Shown here piece by piece: positions 1 to 8,290 of a stretch of DNA of 44,505 nucleotides. The first letter of the stretch is position 1. Each line of letters begins with the position of its first letter. Both the position numbers and the translations under genes were made by a program. Source of the stretch: Parcubacteria group bacterium Gr01-1014_3 (GTDB taxonomy: Bacteria > Patescibacteriota > Minisyncoccia > UBA6257 > WO2-44-18); contig VMGF01000003.1 in the NCBI GenBank assembly GCA_007376445.1, positions 97,024-141,528 on the forward strand, read 5' to 3'. A model generated the notes under the pieces. The model was not told the origin of the DNA. It saw only the letters and a list, made by a program, of their open reading frames with translations, and ran no database searches.

Positions 1-25
1 CATTTGAGCTGGTTTAGAGTCTCTA

Positions 26-889
26 CTAAAAGTCGTCGTCCTTGTCCTTCTCGGGCGGGAGGATGCCGGGCGGCACCATCTCCTTCGCCTTCTCCATCAT
101 CTCTTCGAGCTTCTTCTGAAGGTCCTCGATGGCCGGAATCTCGCCCTTCAGCCGCTCGATCTCCGCCTGGGCCTTCTCGAGCTCCTGGGCCATTGAGACA
201 CCGTCTACTTCGACGATCAGCACGCCCCTTTCGAGCATGTAGCCGACCGCCGCGCCGAACAGGATGATGATGGTCAGGATGCCGCCGACGATCCAGTTGC
301 GCCGCTTGATCGCCTTCTCGTCGTCGTCGAGCGCCTTCTTGAGTCCGTTGATCTCGTGCTCGTAGGCGTTCCGGGCCGCGCTCGGAACCGTGGGGTCATC
401 GACTTTCGTCGCGGACTTGCCCGCCGTGGCGGGCGGCCAGGAAATTTTGGGTTCCACCGACACCTCCTTGTTTGTTTCCGCTGGCAGAACTGCCTGCGGC
501 TTGGCCACAACGTCCTCTACCTTCGGCGGAGCATACGCCCTTCCGATCTCATAGAGACCAGAGAGGACGATGCCTGCCGCAATCGGTAGCGTGAGATACC
601 AGACCTGGAACAGCCAGGACTGGGTGAACAGCGTGTTCGGATATTCTCTAGCACCGCAAAAACCGTAAGTCATTACTGTAGCGATCACGAAGAGACTGGA
701 GTAGGTGCCGGGCACGAAAAATCGTACTAACCCTCTTTCTTCAGAATAACGATCAAGGTTTTCCGACCAACGCCGGGCAGTCGTCCATGGCAACAGAACA
801 AATGGCAACAGGTTTTTGAACAAGACGTTCTTTAGAAGATACCATCCTCCGAAAAACGCCAATCCAACACCACGCGCAACATTCCTCAT
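26..889 (-). CDS. hypothetical multi-pass membrane protein with coiled-coil and acidic C-terminal tail (GC-rich segment)
   Basis: ORF track gives 26..916 from a TTG. I place the start at ATG 889 (MRNVARG...) because GGAGGA (897-902) lies 7 nt upstream. Hydrophobic N-terminal half, a further TM segment, and a tail ...MVPPGILPPEKDKDDDF. No family recognised. Confidence 0.6.
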   Translation of the reverse strand: MRNVARGVGLAFFGGWYLLKNVLFKNLLPFVLLPWTTARRWSENLDRYSEERGLVRFFVPGTYSSLFVIATVMTYGFCGAREYPNTLFTQSWLFQVWYLTLPIAAGIVLSGLYEIGRAYAPPKVEDVVAKPQAVLPAETNKEVSVEPKISWPPATAGKSATKVDDPTVPSAARNAYEHEINGLKKALDDDEKAIKRRNWIVGGILTIIILFGAAVGYMLERGVLIVEVDGVSMAQELEKAQAEIERLKGEIPAIEDLQKKLEEMMEKAKEMVPPGILPPEKDKDDDF

Positions 890-929
890 GCCGGAATCCT
901 CCAAAAAATACGTCAAAGAACTTGGCGAT

Positions 930-958
930 ATATTAGCATAGACATTTTAAGCCGTCAA
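930..958 (-). promoter_or_regulatory. sigma70-like promoter (TTGACG - 17 nt - TAATAT) for the 26..889 gene
   Basis: Read on the minus strand: -35 TTGACG at 958-953, 17-nt spacer, -10 TAATAT at 935-930. Confidence 0.5.
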
Positions 959-962
959 TATT

Positions 963-998
963 AAAAAGAGCCCGGGATTTACCGAGCTCTGTTTTTTT
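963..998. terminator. bidirectional intrinsic terminator hairpin
   Basis: AGAGCCCGG (967-975) pairs with CCGAGCTCT (982-990) with one mismatch. An A-run precedes it and a T-run (992-998) follows. It lies just downstream of the 1045..1506 gene on the minus strand. Confidence 0.55.
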
Positions 999-1044
999 AA
1001 TTCTAGCTATTAGATACTAGCTTCTAGATTCTAGCTATTAGTCT

Positions 1045-1506
1045 CTAAATCGCGTCATCCCGAACAGGCTTCTTCTTTGGCGGCACAGTCTCTTCCTTGC
1101 CCATCCGGATCCACTCATGGAACTTTTCGATGTCTTCCTCGAGTGGCATCAGAATGACCGCCGAGCGACAAGTCCCGTCCCATGGCGCTTCCGTGACCTT
1201 GACCGAGTAGTTGTCTCGATTGTCGGGCCGAAGCTCAACCTTGACCTTACTCATCTCGACGACCACCGGCCGGACACGCTCCCCATCATTCACATAAATG
1301 ACCAAAAGATCGGTAGCGGCAGAATAACTGAATCCGCCAGTCAGCCTGTCCTTCGGATCAAAATGGCTCAGCTCAACCGCATACTCCTTTTCGGGAGCAT
1401 AAGCGCGGGCATAACTAGTGACAATCAATCCGAACAGCACAACTGTCACAGCTCCAGCGCCACAAACGAGCGCGAGCAGGATCGAAGAAAGCGGGATCCT
1501 TTTCAT
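1045..1506 (-). CDS. hypothetical protein with N-terminal signal/TM anchor (GC-rich segment)
   Basis: 153-aa ORF. GGAGG lies 6 nt upstream of the ATG. A plausible TTTACA-17-TAGTAT promoter is upstream. Tail is ...ETVPPKKKPVRDDAI. Confidence 0.6.
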   Translation of the reverse strand: MKRIPLSSILLALVCGAGAVTVVLFGLIVTSYARAYAPEKEYAVELSHFDPKDRLTGGFSYSAATDLLVIYVNDGERVRPVVVEMSKVKVELRPDNRDNYSVKVTEAPWDGTCRSAVILMPLEEDIEKFHEWIRMGKEETVPPKKKPVRDDAI

Positions 1507-1569
1507 TAGACACCTCCAAAATACTAAGCATATACTACAATATAAAAGTTCCGTTGTAAACGCTAGCTG

Positions 1570-1676
1570 AATTTTAAATGCTAAATTTTTAATTTTAATT
1601 TAATTACCAAATGTTAAATTTCAAAAATTAAATCATTGAAAATTAATTTAAAATTTATAATTCAAAATTTAAAATT
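1570..1676. repeat. AT-rich palindromic intergenic repeat, full-length copy A (107 bp)
   Basis: Starts AATTTTAAATGCTAAATTTTTAATTTTAATTTAAT and ends ATTAATTTAAAATTTATAATTCAAAATTTAAAATT. The two arms are imperfect reverse complements. Near-identical by eye to copy D (13894..14000). Confidence 0.85.
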
Positions 1677-1703
1677 AAAAAACCACCAAAATACTGGTGG
1701 TTT
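1675..1703 (-). terminator. rho-independent terminator of the 1712..2107 gene
   Basis: CCACCA (1683-1688) / TGGTGG (1695-1700), extended by A/T pairs. On the minus strand the hairpin is followed by a T-run. Confidence 0.6.
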
Positions 1704-1711
1704 GTGTAGCG

Positions 1712-2107
1712 CTATCCGTCATACTCACCGAGTTTTCGCCAGCCGCGGCGGCCAAGCACCATATCGCAACTACCATGCTTACTGCCATCAGTTGCCTGGT
1801 GGCAGTCCGGACATCTGTATTTAAACCGCCTGTCTTTCTTCTTTTTCTCTAACTTCTCTACTTGCAGATGGCTCTTGGCGGCGTAGAAAGTGTCCAAACG
1901 CTTTTTGATCAGTTTTTCCAGCGCTTCAATCGTCTTCAGTGGAAGGTAGCTGATCAACGCCCGCCAAATATCCACGGCTTCGCTTTCCGGAGTAGCGTTT
2001 TTTAGTTTTCGCGCCTTAATCACGACAACCTTAACAATCAGTAGATGTCCTTTGGCGACAGAATGCAGATTCAAAAAATAAGTCGGCGCTTCGCTTTTCT
2101 TGGCCAT
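1712..2107 (-). CDS. hypothetical protein with C-terminal Cys/His cluster (YRCPDCH...HGSC)
   Basis: 131-aa ORF. GAGGTG (2113-2118) lies 5 nt upstream of the ATG and is preceded by a small hairpin (2123..2141). It has its own terminator. No family recognised. Confidence 0.55.
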   Translation of the reverse strand: MAKKSEAPTYFLNLHSVAKGHLLIVKVVVIKARKLKNATPESEAVDIWRALISYLPLKTIEALEKLIKKRLDTFYAAKSHLQVEKLEKKKKDRRFKYRCPDCHQATDGSKHGSCDMVLGRRGWRKLGEYDG

Positions 2108-2162
2108 TGCAACACCTCAAATAGCTATGGAAAGTATAGCTGATAACTATTAAAAATCTATA

Positions 2163-2293
2163 GCGGGAATACGGATTGCTTTTTGGAACGTCTCGCAGGC
2201 GGTTTTGCTTGGTTTAAAAACCGCCGAGAGAGAAGAAAACCGGCCCGCTGGAGGCCGGTTATTCTGGTTCTAAAAAGCAATCCGTATTTTCGC
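2163..2293 (+). ncRNA. conserved structured element, copy c1 (27-bp closing helix plus 87-nt two-hairpin core); family unknown
   Basis: Core 2185..2271 is near-identical to 16606..16692. The outer arms GCGGGAATACGGATTGCTTTTTGGAAC and GTTCTAAAAAGCAATCCGTATTTTCGC pair fully if three G-T pairs are allowed on the plus strand. The element ends 2 nt from the pheT stop codon. Strand call is tentative. Confidence 0.5.
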
Positions 2294-2295
2294 TG

Positions 2296-4275
2296 TTATC
2301 TAACTTCCAATTCAAATTTCGCTTTAAGTTCAGAAATGATCTTCGCCATCTCTTGCCCTACTTCCTCGTCAGTCAGGGTTTTTTTATCGCTGCGAAACAC
2401 CAGACGGAAAGACAAACTCTTCTTTTCCATACCTAAACTTTCATCTTCATACCAATCCACCAAGTCCACGTCTTCCAATAAATGACTGGCATTCTCAATT
2501 AGATCCTGTATCGGCCCTACCCGCTCGGTCGATTTTACTAAAAGAGAAATATCCCTCATCACATTCGGATATTTCGGCAAAGGCAGGAATTCTTTTTCGC
2601 CCACGATCAATTTCAAGAGTTTTTCGAGATAAATTTCTGCAACCGCCATCTTGAGCCCGCCAGAGGCGGGCAAGTCCGCTTTGACCGAACCAACGTAACC
2701 CAAGATCTGATGATCGGATTCAATAATCAAACTTTCCCCGTGATTCAAAAATCGAATGTCGGTATCAAGATCACGAGTAAAATAATCGGTCAGACCAAGT
2801 CTTTCAAGCAATTGTTCCGCCAACCCTTTTAGCTCCAGCGTCGGTGAACCTTTTTTGTAAGCGATCGCCATGCCCAATACCAGCTCCTCGGAAACTTTTC
2901 CCTGAATATCGTTGAAAGTTTTACCAATCTCAAAAATCCGGACCTGATCATGGAATTTCAGGTTATGCTCCAAATTTTTCACCAAGTTAATACCGAGCCA
3001 TGGCCTCATTAAAGCTAGGTCTGAGCTGACAGGATTAGCCACGTGGACAGTCTTCCAAGCGGTCAACTCGCCATACCGAATCAGATCTTTTTCAGAGACA
3101 AAGGAATAATTATAAACCTCGCTCAAACCGAAGCCGGTCAAAACCCGCCGAGCCTGATCTTTCAGCGCGATCAAATCTTCCTGCCCGGAAGCGCGTAGGC
3201 CGATCATGGGAGCGATTGCCGTAAGGTTATTGTAGCCGTGCAGGTTTACTATCTCTTCGGCCAAGTCCTCGAATCGAGTGATGTCCGTGCGGTCGCTTGG
3301 AGGCGTAACCATCTTGCCCTTGATAGCAAAATCCAGGCGCTTCAGATAATCCAGGGCCTGCTTTTCACTAAGCGCCATGCCGGTTAAATGATTGAATTTT
3401 TTAATATCAAATTTTATTAAAACTTTGGCCGATTTTTGGTAATTAAGATCTACCCAATCGCCAATCGTGGCGCCATAAACTTCTTTTAATAATTGCGCGG
3501 TCCGCTGGATCGCCCTCTCCACTAAAGTTCCGCTCAAGCCATGCGCAAAGCGGCCAGAGGCATCCGTGATGAGGTTAATGCGCCGGGAAGTTTTATAAAT
3601 TCCCACCGGTTCGAATGACGCCGCCTCCACGATGATCCGCTTGGTCTGTTTATTGATCTCTGCTCGCTTTCCACCTTTGATACCCGCTATCGCAAGCGGT
3701 CCGCGTGAATCCGCGATCACTAGATCTTCACCGCTCAACGAATACTCCGCGCCATCAATCGTCTGGATTTTTTCTCCCGAAATTCCGCGCCGGACATCAA
3801 TACCAGCGCTGACCAAGTCCGCGTCAAAGGCATGGAGCGGCTGGCCAACTTCAAGCATCACATAATTCATCAGATCCACTATCCCGTTGATCGGCCTAAG
3901 TCCGCAACTGATCAAAATATCCTGCATCCATTTCGGCGACTCCCCTACATTTTTGATCTCGGCATAAAGACCGCTGTACCTTGAGCACTTTTCTTTGTCG
4001 GAAATCTTTAAATCAAAGCGATTCAGCTGTTTTTTTGGCTTCATTGAAGCTAGGCTCGGTTCATCGAACTTGGCATCTAAGATCGCGGAAAGCATCTTGC
4101 CGATCCCCCAATGAGACGAAGCATCAGAATACCGATTAGCGGTAATTTTAATATCGATCATATCGCCCGTGAAAGATTCTACCTCGAGGGCATGCAAGGG
4201 CAACAGCTCCGCGACAGTACCAATACCCTTTAGGCTTGGTAAAAACTTTTTTAATAAACTATAGCTGAATTTCAT
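2296..4275 (-). CDS. pheT: phenylalanine--tRNA ligase beta subunit
   Basis: 659-aa ORF with a typical PheT N-terminus (MKFSYSLLKKFLP...) and overall PheRS-beta layout. It lies directly downstream of pheS. It is shorter than the E. coli protein. Confidence 0.9.
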   Translation of the reverse strand: MKFSYSLLKKFLPSLKGIGTVAELLPLHALEVESFTGDMIDIKITANRYSDASSHWGIGKMLSAILDAKFDEPSLASMKPKKQLNRFDLKISDKEKCSRYSGLYAEIKNVGESPKWMQDILISCGLRPINGIVDLMNYVMLEVGQPLHAFDADLVSAGIDVRRGISGEKIQTIDGAEYSLSGEDLVIADSRGPLAIAGIKGGKRAEINKQTKRIIVEAASFEPVGIYKTSRRINLITDASGRFAHGLSGTLVERAIQRTAQLLKEVYGATIGDWVDLNYQKSAKVLIKFDIKKFNHLTGMALSEKQALDYLKRLDFAIKGKMVTPPSDRTDITRFEDLAEEIVNLHGYNNLTAIAPMIGLRASGQEDLIALKDQARRVLTGFGLSEVYNYSFVSEKDLIRYGELTAWKTVHVANPVSSDLALMRPWLGINLVKNLEHNLKFHDQVRIFEIGKTFNDIQGKVSEELVLGMAIAYKKGSPTLELKGLAEQLLERLGLTDYFTRDLDTDIRFLNHGESLIIESDHQILGYVGSVKADLPASGGLKMAVAEIYLEKLLKLIVGEKEFLPLPKYPNVMRDISLLVKSTERVGPIQDLIENASHLLEDVDLVDWYEDESLGMEKKSLSFRLVFRSDKKTLTDEEVGQEMAKIISELKAKFELEVR

Positions 4276-4283
4276 GTTGTTAT

Positions 4284-4347
4284 AATTTTAAAGTTTAAAT
4301 TTAAAATTTTAATTTAATTTATAATTTATAATTCAAAATTTAAAATT
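4284..4347. repeat. AT-rich palindromic repeat, short 64-bp form (copy B)
   Basis: Both arms are present without the central segment. The right arm overlaps the last codons and stop of pheS. The left arm ends 9 nt before the pheT ATG. Confidence 0.75.
4285..4290 (-). promoter_or_regulatory. candidate -10 box TAAAAT, 9 nt upstream of the pheT ATG
   Basis: Minus strand reads TTTAAAATtataacaacATG. There is no SD. The box is part of the repeat arm. Confidence 0.35.
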
Positions 4348-5326
4348 GATCCACGAAGCGTAGGTCGCCCGAATAAAACAGCCGGATATCATCGATCTTG
4401 TATTTGATCATCGCCAGGCGCTCTAATCCCATTCCGAAGGCGAATCCTTTAACTTGTTGCGGGTTATATTTAACGGCGTCAAAAACATTCGGATGCACCA
4501 TTCCCGCGCCCATCACCTCCAACCATTTTCCTTTCCATTTAATATCCACTTCAAGACCCGGCTCCACGAACGGGAAATAACTCGGCCGCAAACGGATATC
4601 GGTTTTCTGATTTAAAAGCTGATTAAAGAATTCGGAGATTACATATTTGAAATTGGCCAGATTTACATCCGGACCGACCATCAGGCCCTCTACTTGATGG
4701 AAGTTCACCTCGTGCGAAGCATCAGTGGCCTCAAAACGAAAAACTCGGCCGGGCACGATGATCTGAAATGGGGGCTGATGGGTTTCCATATAGCGGATCT
4801 GCATCGGCGAAGTATGCGTTCGTAAAAGCTGGCGAGAATCTTTATCTTTATATTGCGCCGGCAACCAGAAAGTGTCCCACATATCCCTAGCCGGATGATT
4901 TGGCGGAATATTCAAGGCGTCAAAATTGTAATGCTCGCTCTCTACCTCCGGACCCTCCACGATAGAAAAATTTAAACCGAGAAAAATTTCCTTGATCCGG
5001 TTCTCCATTAAGGTCAGCGGGTGAAGGTGGCCGACCCGGACTTTTTCACCAGGGCGGGTGATGTCCAATCGAGAACTGCTACTGCCCGCGCCAAGAACGC
5101 CTAGTCTCGATTTCATCGCGGACTCGATCTCTCCGCGAAGCGCGTTGGCCGCCGTTCCCGTCTCCCGCTTTTCCTCTGGCGGCATGTCTTTAAGGGAGCG
5201 CAAGATCGTAGTAAGTTCGCCGTCCTGACGGCCCAAAAACTCGTTCTTAACCGCCTCTAAATCTTTGAGATTTTGAGCTTTCGCGATCGCGGCCAGCGCT
5301 TTTTCTTTGATTTCACCGAGTGTCAT
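4340..5326 (-). CDS. pheS: phenylalanine--tRNA ligase alpha subunit
   Basis: 328 aa with class II motifs (e.g. FQIIVPGRVFRFEATDASHEVNFHQVEGLMVG and GFAFGMGLERLAM). Confidence 0.93.
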   Translation of the reverse strand: MTLGEIKEKALAAIAKAQNLKDLEAVKNEFLGRQDGELTTILRSLKDMPPEEKRETGTAANALRGEIESAMKSRLGVLGAGSSSSRLDITRPGEKVRVGHLHPLTLMENRIKEIFLGLNFSIVEGPEVESEHYNFDALNIPPNHPARDMWDTFWLPAQYKDKDSRQLLRTHTSPMQIRYMETHQPPFQIIVPGRVFRFEATDASHEVNFHQVEGLMVGPDVNLANFKYVISEFFNQLLNQKTDIRLRPSYFPFVEPGLEVDIKWKGKWLEVMGAGMVHPNVFDAVKYNPQQVKGFAFGMGLERLAMIKYKIDDIRLFYSGDLRFVDQF

Positions 5327-5358
5327 CTGAATATTCGTAGTTTAACACAAGGGGTCTT

Positions 5359-5422
5359 AATTTTAAATTTTTAATTATAAATTTTAATTTAATTTAAAAT
5401 TGAAAATTTAGTATTTAAAATT
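5359..5422. repeat. AT-rich palindromic repeat, short 64-bp form (copy C)
   Basis: Near-identical by eye to copy K (34129..34192). Confidence 0.75.
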
Positions 5423-5435
5423 ATTAAGAATTAGA

Positions 5436-7259
5436 TTAATTAATAATTCCTGATTCTTCATTCTTAATTCTATTCCAGTAATACCAATCTAAAACATCTT
5501 TCGCGATCGGAACGGCATTCAAGCTGCCTTCGCGCGCGTTTTCGATAAGAACTAGGACAGAAATTTCCGGATCTTCCACCGGCGCGTACCCCACAAAGAA
5601 AGCGTTGGTCTTGGTGTTATTGGAAACCTGAGCGCTGCCGGTTTTGCCCGCCGCCTTCATCGGTAAATTCCAAAGCATGTTAGCCGTGCCATATGGCTTA
5701 CTGACCGCGTCCTCCATGCCGATTTGAACTTCGCGGATCTCTTCCGCCAGATCGGAACGGTCCGATAACACAACCGGCTGGGCGCCAAGCAGAAGATGCG
5801 GCTGATAAAACTTGCCGCCGTTCGCGATAGCGCCGATAAAATTCAAAAGCTGCAATGGAGTCACCGACAAATCTCCCTGCCCGATGCTGACGTTATAGGT
5901 ATCGCCGATACGCCAGATCTGACCGGTGCGAGCCTCTTTCTCAGTCGGATTTGGCAAAAATCCTTCGCCCTCCGACGGCAGATCCACGCCCGTCTTTACT
6001 CCAAAAAGAAACTGCCGCCAATATGCGCCAAGCCTCTCAATTCCCAATCCTTTCAAGTCTTTAAACCCGCCGCCAATCTCGTAGAAGTAAACGTTACTGG
6101 AACGGGCCAACGCGGAGTGAAGATCTACCCAGCCATGCGGCTTCCAGTCCACGAATCGGCTCGGCTGATCCGGATTAAATGGATTTGGAAGTTCGATGTA
6201 TCCAATTGAAAGCACGGAAAAATCCGTCGTCACCACATTTTCCCTGAGCGCCGCGAGCGCCACCAACGGCTTGATGGTAGAGCCGGGATTGTATGATCCG
6301 GATACTGCTCGGTTAAATAAAGGCTGGTGGGGCGCGTTCAGATATTTTTTTAAATTATTATTATCAAACGAAGGCAGGCTGATAAGGGACAATATCTCCC
6401 CTGTTTTCGGATTCATCGCCAAACCCACGCCGCTATCCCGGCCGAGCGAGGCGAGACCGCTCTGTAGGCGCTGATAAAAATATCTTTGCAGTTCCGCGTC
6501 GATGGTGGTCGAAAGTTCCTGGCCCTGAGAAGCAAAGTAGAGAACTTTTTTATCCAATATCTTACCCTGCGCGTCCCGGTAAGCGATCATGCTGCCATCC
6601 GTGCCGCGCAGTTGTTCATCATAAAAAGCCTCCAGGCCAACTTTACCAACCACACCGTTGTCATTTTCGGCGGGACCGGTATAACCGATCACGTGGCTGA
6701 ATATCTGGGCATCAGTATAATCTCGGATATAGTCGGCGCCAACCTGCACGGCGGGTAATTTTAAATCGATCAACGCGATCATCTGCTGAGGAGTAATGTT
6801 CCGGGAAATCGGCACCAGATTGGATTTTTCAAAGTTCGCGTGCTGAAGCCTGCCGCGGATCTCTTCCGGATCAACTTCTAGAACTTTGCCCAGTTGCGCG
6901 AGATAATCTTCCAGATCCAGAGAACCCTCACGAATCATTTTAACCAGATCTGTAGATGCCAAAAACACGCTGAAAGAATTGCGGTTCTCCACCAGTGGCG
7001 TACCGAATCTATCCAAAATAGCGCCGCGTGGCGCCGGAATGTTCACCTCTTTGTAAACATTCGAAGCGGCGCGGTTCTGATAAAAATCTCCGTTAAAAAT
7101 ATTCAGACCGATCACTCGACCGAAAATTAAAATTGTCAGAAGCAACACTGATCCACCAGCTAATAAAAAGGTTTCTTTGGAAAGAGGCAGCTCTAAAACA
7201 TCCGGCTCCTCTGACCGGTGCGCGAAACCCAATTCTTCAAAATTTAGATCTTCTTTCAT
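5436..7259 (-). CDS. mrdA: penicillin-binding protein 2 (elongasome transpeptidase)
   Basis: SxxK (STIKP), SxN (SSN) and KTG (KTGSA) motifs, an N-terminal TM segment, and position after mreBCD. The ORF track starts at TTG 7292; I prefer ATG 7259 (MKEDLNF...). Confidence 0.85.
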   Translation of the reverse strand: MKEDLNFEELGFAHRSEEPDVLELPLSKETFLLAGGSVLLLTILIFGRVIGLNIFNGDFYQNRAASNVYKEVNIPAPRGAILDRFGTPLVENRNSFSVFLASTDLVKMIREGSLDLEDYLAQLGKVLEVDPEEIRGRLQHANFEKSNLVPISRNITPQQMIALIDLKLPAVQVGADYIRDYTDAQIFSHVIGYTGPAENDNGVVGKVGLEAFYDEQLRGTDGSMIAYRDAQGKILDKKVLYFASQGQELSTTIDAELQRYFYQRLQSGLASLGRDSGVGLAMNPKTGEILSLISLPSFDNNNLKKYLNAPHQPLFNRAVSGSYNPGSTIKPLVALAALRENVVTTDFSVLSIGYIELPNPFNPDQPSRFVDWKPHGWVDLHSALARSSNVYFYEIGGGFKDLKGLGIERLGAYWRQFLFGVKTGVDLPSEGEGFLPNPTEKEARTGQIWRIGDTYNVSIGQGDLSVTPLQLLNFIGAIANGGKFYQPHLLLGAQPVVLSDRSDLAEEIREVQIGMEDAVSKPYGTANMLWNLPMKAAGKTGSAQVSNNTKTNAFFVGYAPVEDPEISVLVLIENAREGSLNAVPIAKDVLDWYYWNRIKNEESGIIN

Positions 7260-7695
7260 CGGAGGAGAAGGCAAAAAACAGCAATGTACCAATAATAACG
7301 TTATAGATTATTTCCCCCAGTACCACAAGCCAGCTGCCGATAATAAATGAGGGTTTAGCCAAAATATAAGTAGCCAGAGTACCGACTACTATCAGAACCG
7401 TGTTGTTGAAGATCCAGTTCCAGGGCATCTCTCTCCCTAGCCAAAAAGCCGCGATGGCAATTAGTCCTGTGCCTAGCAATGCCCCGTCAAAGCCGGATTG
7501 AAACTTCAAAAAAAACAAGCCCAAAACTATGAACCAGAGATATTCATAAAATTTATCCGGCAGAAACGATAAAGCTATCAAAAGAACCATCACGAAATTT
7601 GCCCGAATACCATGCACGGCTAAAAGCGGCCATTGCTGGAAAAATCCCACTAGAACTACCAACAGGCTATATCCCGTTAATTGGACAAAACCCAT
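7237..7695 (-). CDS. mreD: rod shape-determining protein MreD (by position and topology)
   Basis: 152-aa polytopic membrane protein between mreC and PBP2, overlapping both neighbours. Confidence 0.6.
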   Translation of the reverse strand: MGFVQLTGYSLLVVLVGFFQQWPLLAVHGIRANFVMVLLIALSFLPDKFYEYLWFIVLGLFFLKFQSGFDGALLGTGLIAIAAFWLGREMPWNWIFNNTVLIVVGTLATYILAKPSFIIGSWLVVLGEIIYNVIIGTLLFFAFSSDERRSKF

Positions 7696-8288
7696 AATTC
7701 ACGGAGCTGATTAAAATTGTAATCTAACCCGACCTTGGCCTGAATAAAAGCGATCGTCGGCGAATCATAGATCTCTTTGATGACGCCGATCTTCATGCCG
7801 AGCGGGAATTCCCGGCCAGCCGAATATATCGGATCTCCGACCATGACTCCCTGGCTTTTTTCGATCGTGGTAACCAGAGGATCCTGCCGTCCGATCAATA
7901 ATCCATCGGCAGCTTTGGCGCCGATCCGCACCGGTAAGGACCACTCGCTGTCAAAAATAGTTTTAACCAAGCTGTAATCCGGATTCACCTCCACTACTTG
8001 GCCGATCAAAGTCTGCCCATCGGTCGTCACCGCGTCTCCGGGCTTGATCGAGCTGGACCGGCTGCCAAGACTGATAGCCACTAGATTCCTGTAGTTGAAG
8101 GGGTGCGTGGAATAAAGCCGGGCCAGAACGAACTGCCGCGAACCGACTTTTTTCACGATCGGCGCCGGTTCAAAAAAACTCGGATCAGAAACAAAGCCAA
8201 AAACTGAATGCTTGGCGGAATTTAAAATATTGCTGAATAAAATTACGATCAACAGTCCTATCAGAATTACAAAACCAACATAACGCAT
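7677..8288 (-). CDS. mreC: rod shape-determining protein MreC
   Basis: 203 aa with an N-terminal TM segment and a beta-rich periplasmic part, immediately downstream of mreB. Confidence 0.7.
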   Translation of the reverse strand: MRYVGFVILIGLLIVILFSNILNSAKHSVFGFVSDPSFFEPAPIVKKVGSRQFVLARLYSTHPFNYRNLVAISLGSRSSSIKPGDAVTTDGQTLIGQVVEVNPDYSLVKTIFDSEWSLPVRIGAKAADGLLIGRQDPLVTTIEKSQGVMVGDPIYSAGREFPLGMKIGVIKEIYDSPTIAFIQAKVGLDYNFNQLRELWVLSN

Positions 8289-8290
8289 GA

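Noticed and set aside
2163-2293. The structured elements as integron attC sites or as a MITE with terminal inverted repeats.
   Set aside because: attC sites conserve the outer core sites (RYYYAAC/GTTRRRY) and vary inside, which is the opposite of what is seen here. GTTCTAA does not fit GTTRRRY. The conserved core has only a 5-bp inverted terminus (GGAAC/GTTCC). No integrase or transposase is present in the window.
2183-2485. Plus-strand ORFs through the structured elements encode similar peptides (ERLAGGFAWFKNRRERRKPARWRPVILVLKS in c1 and c2).
   Set aside because: Copy c3 has an indel in the hairpin-1 loop that splits the similarity across two frames. The conservation pattern follows base pairing, not codons.
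7260-7292. TTG-initiated 11-aa extension of PBP2 (MVHCCFLPSPP).
   Set aside because: It lies deep inside mreD coding sequence. ATG 7259 gives a normal cytoplasmic N-terminus, though the choice remains unverified.
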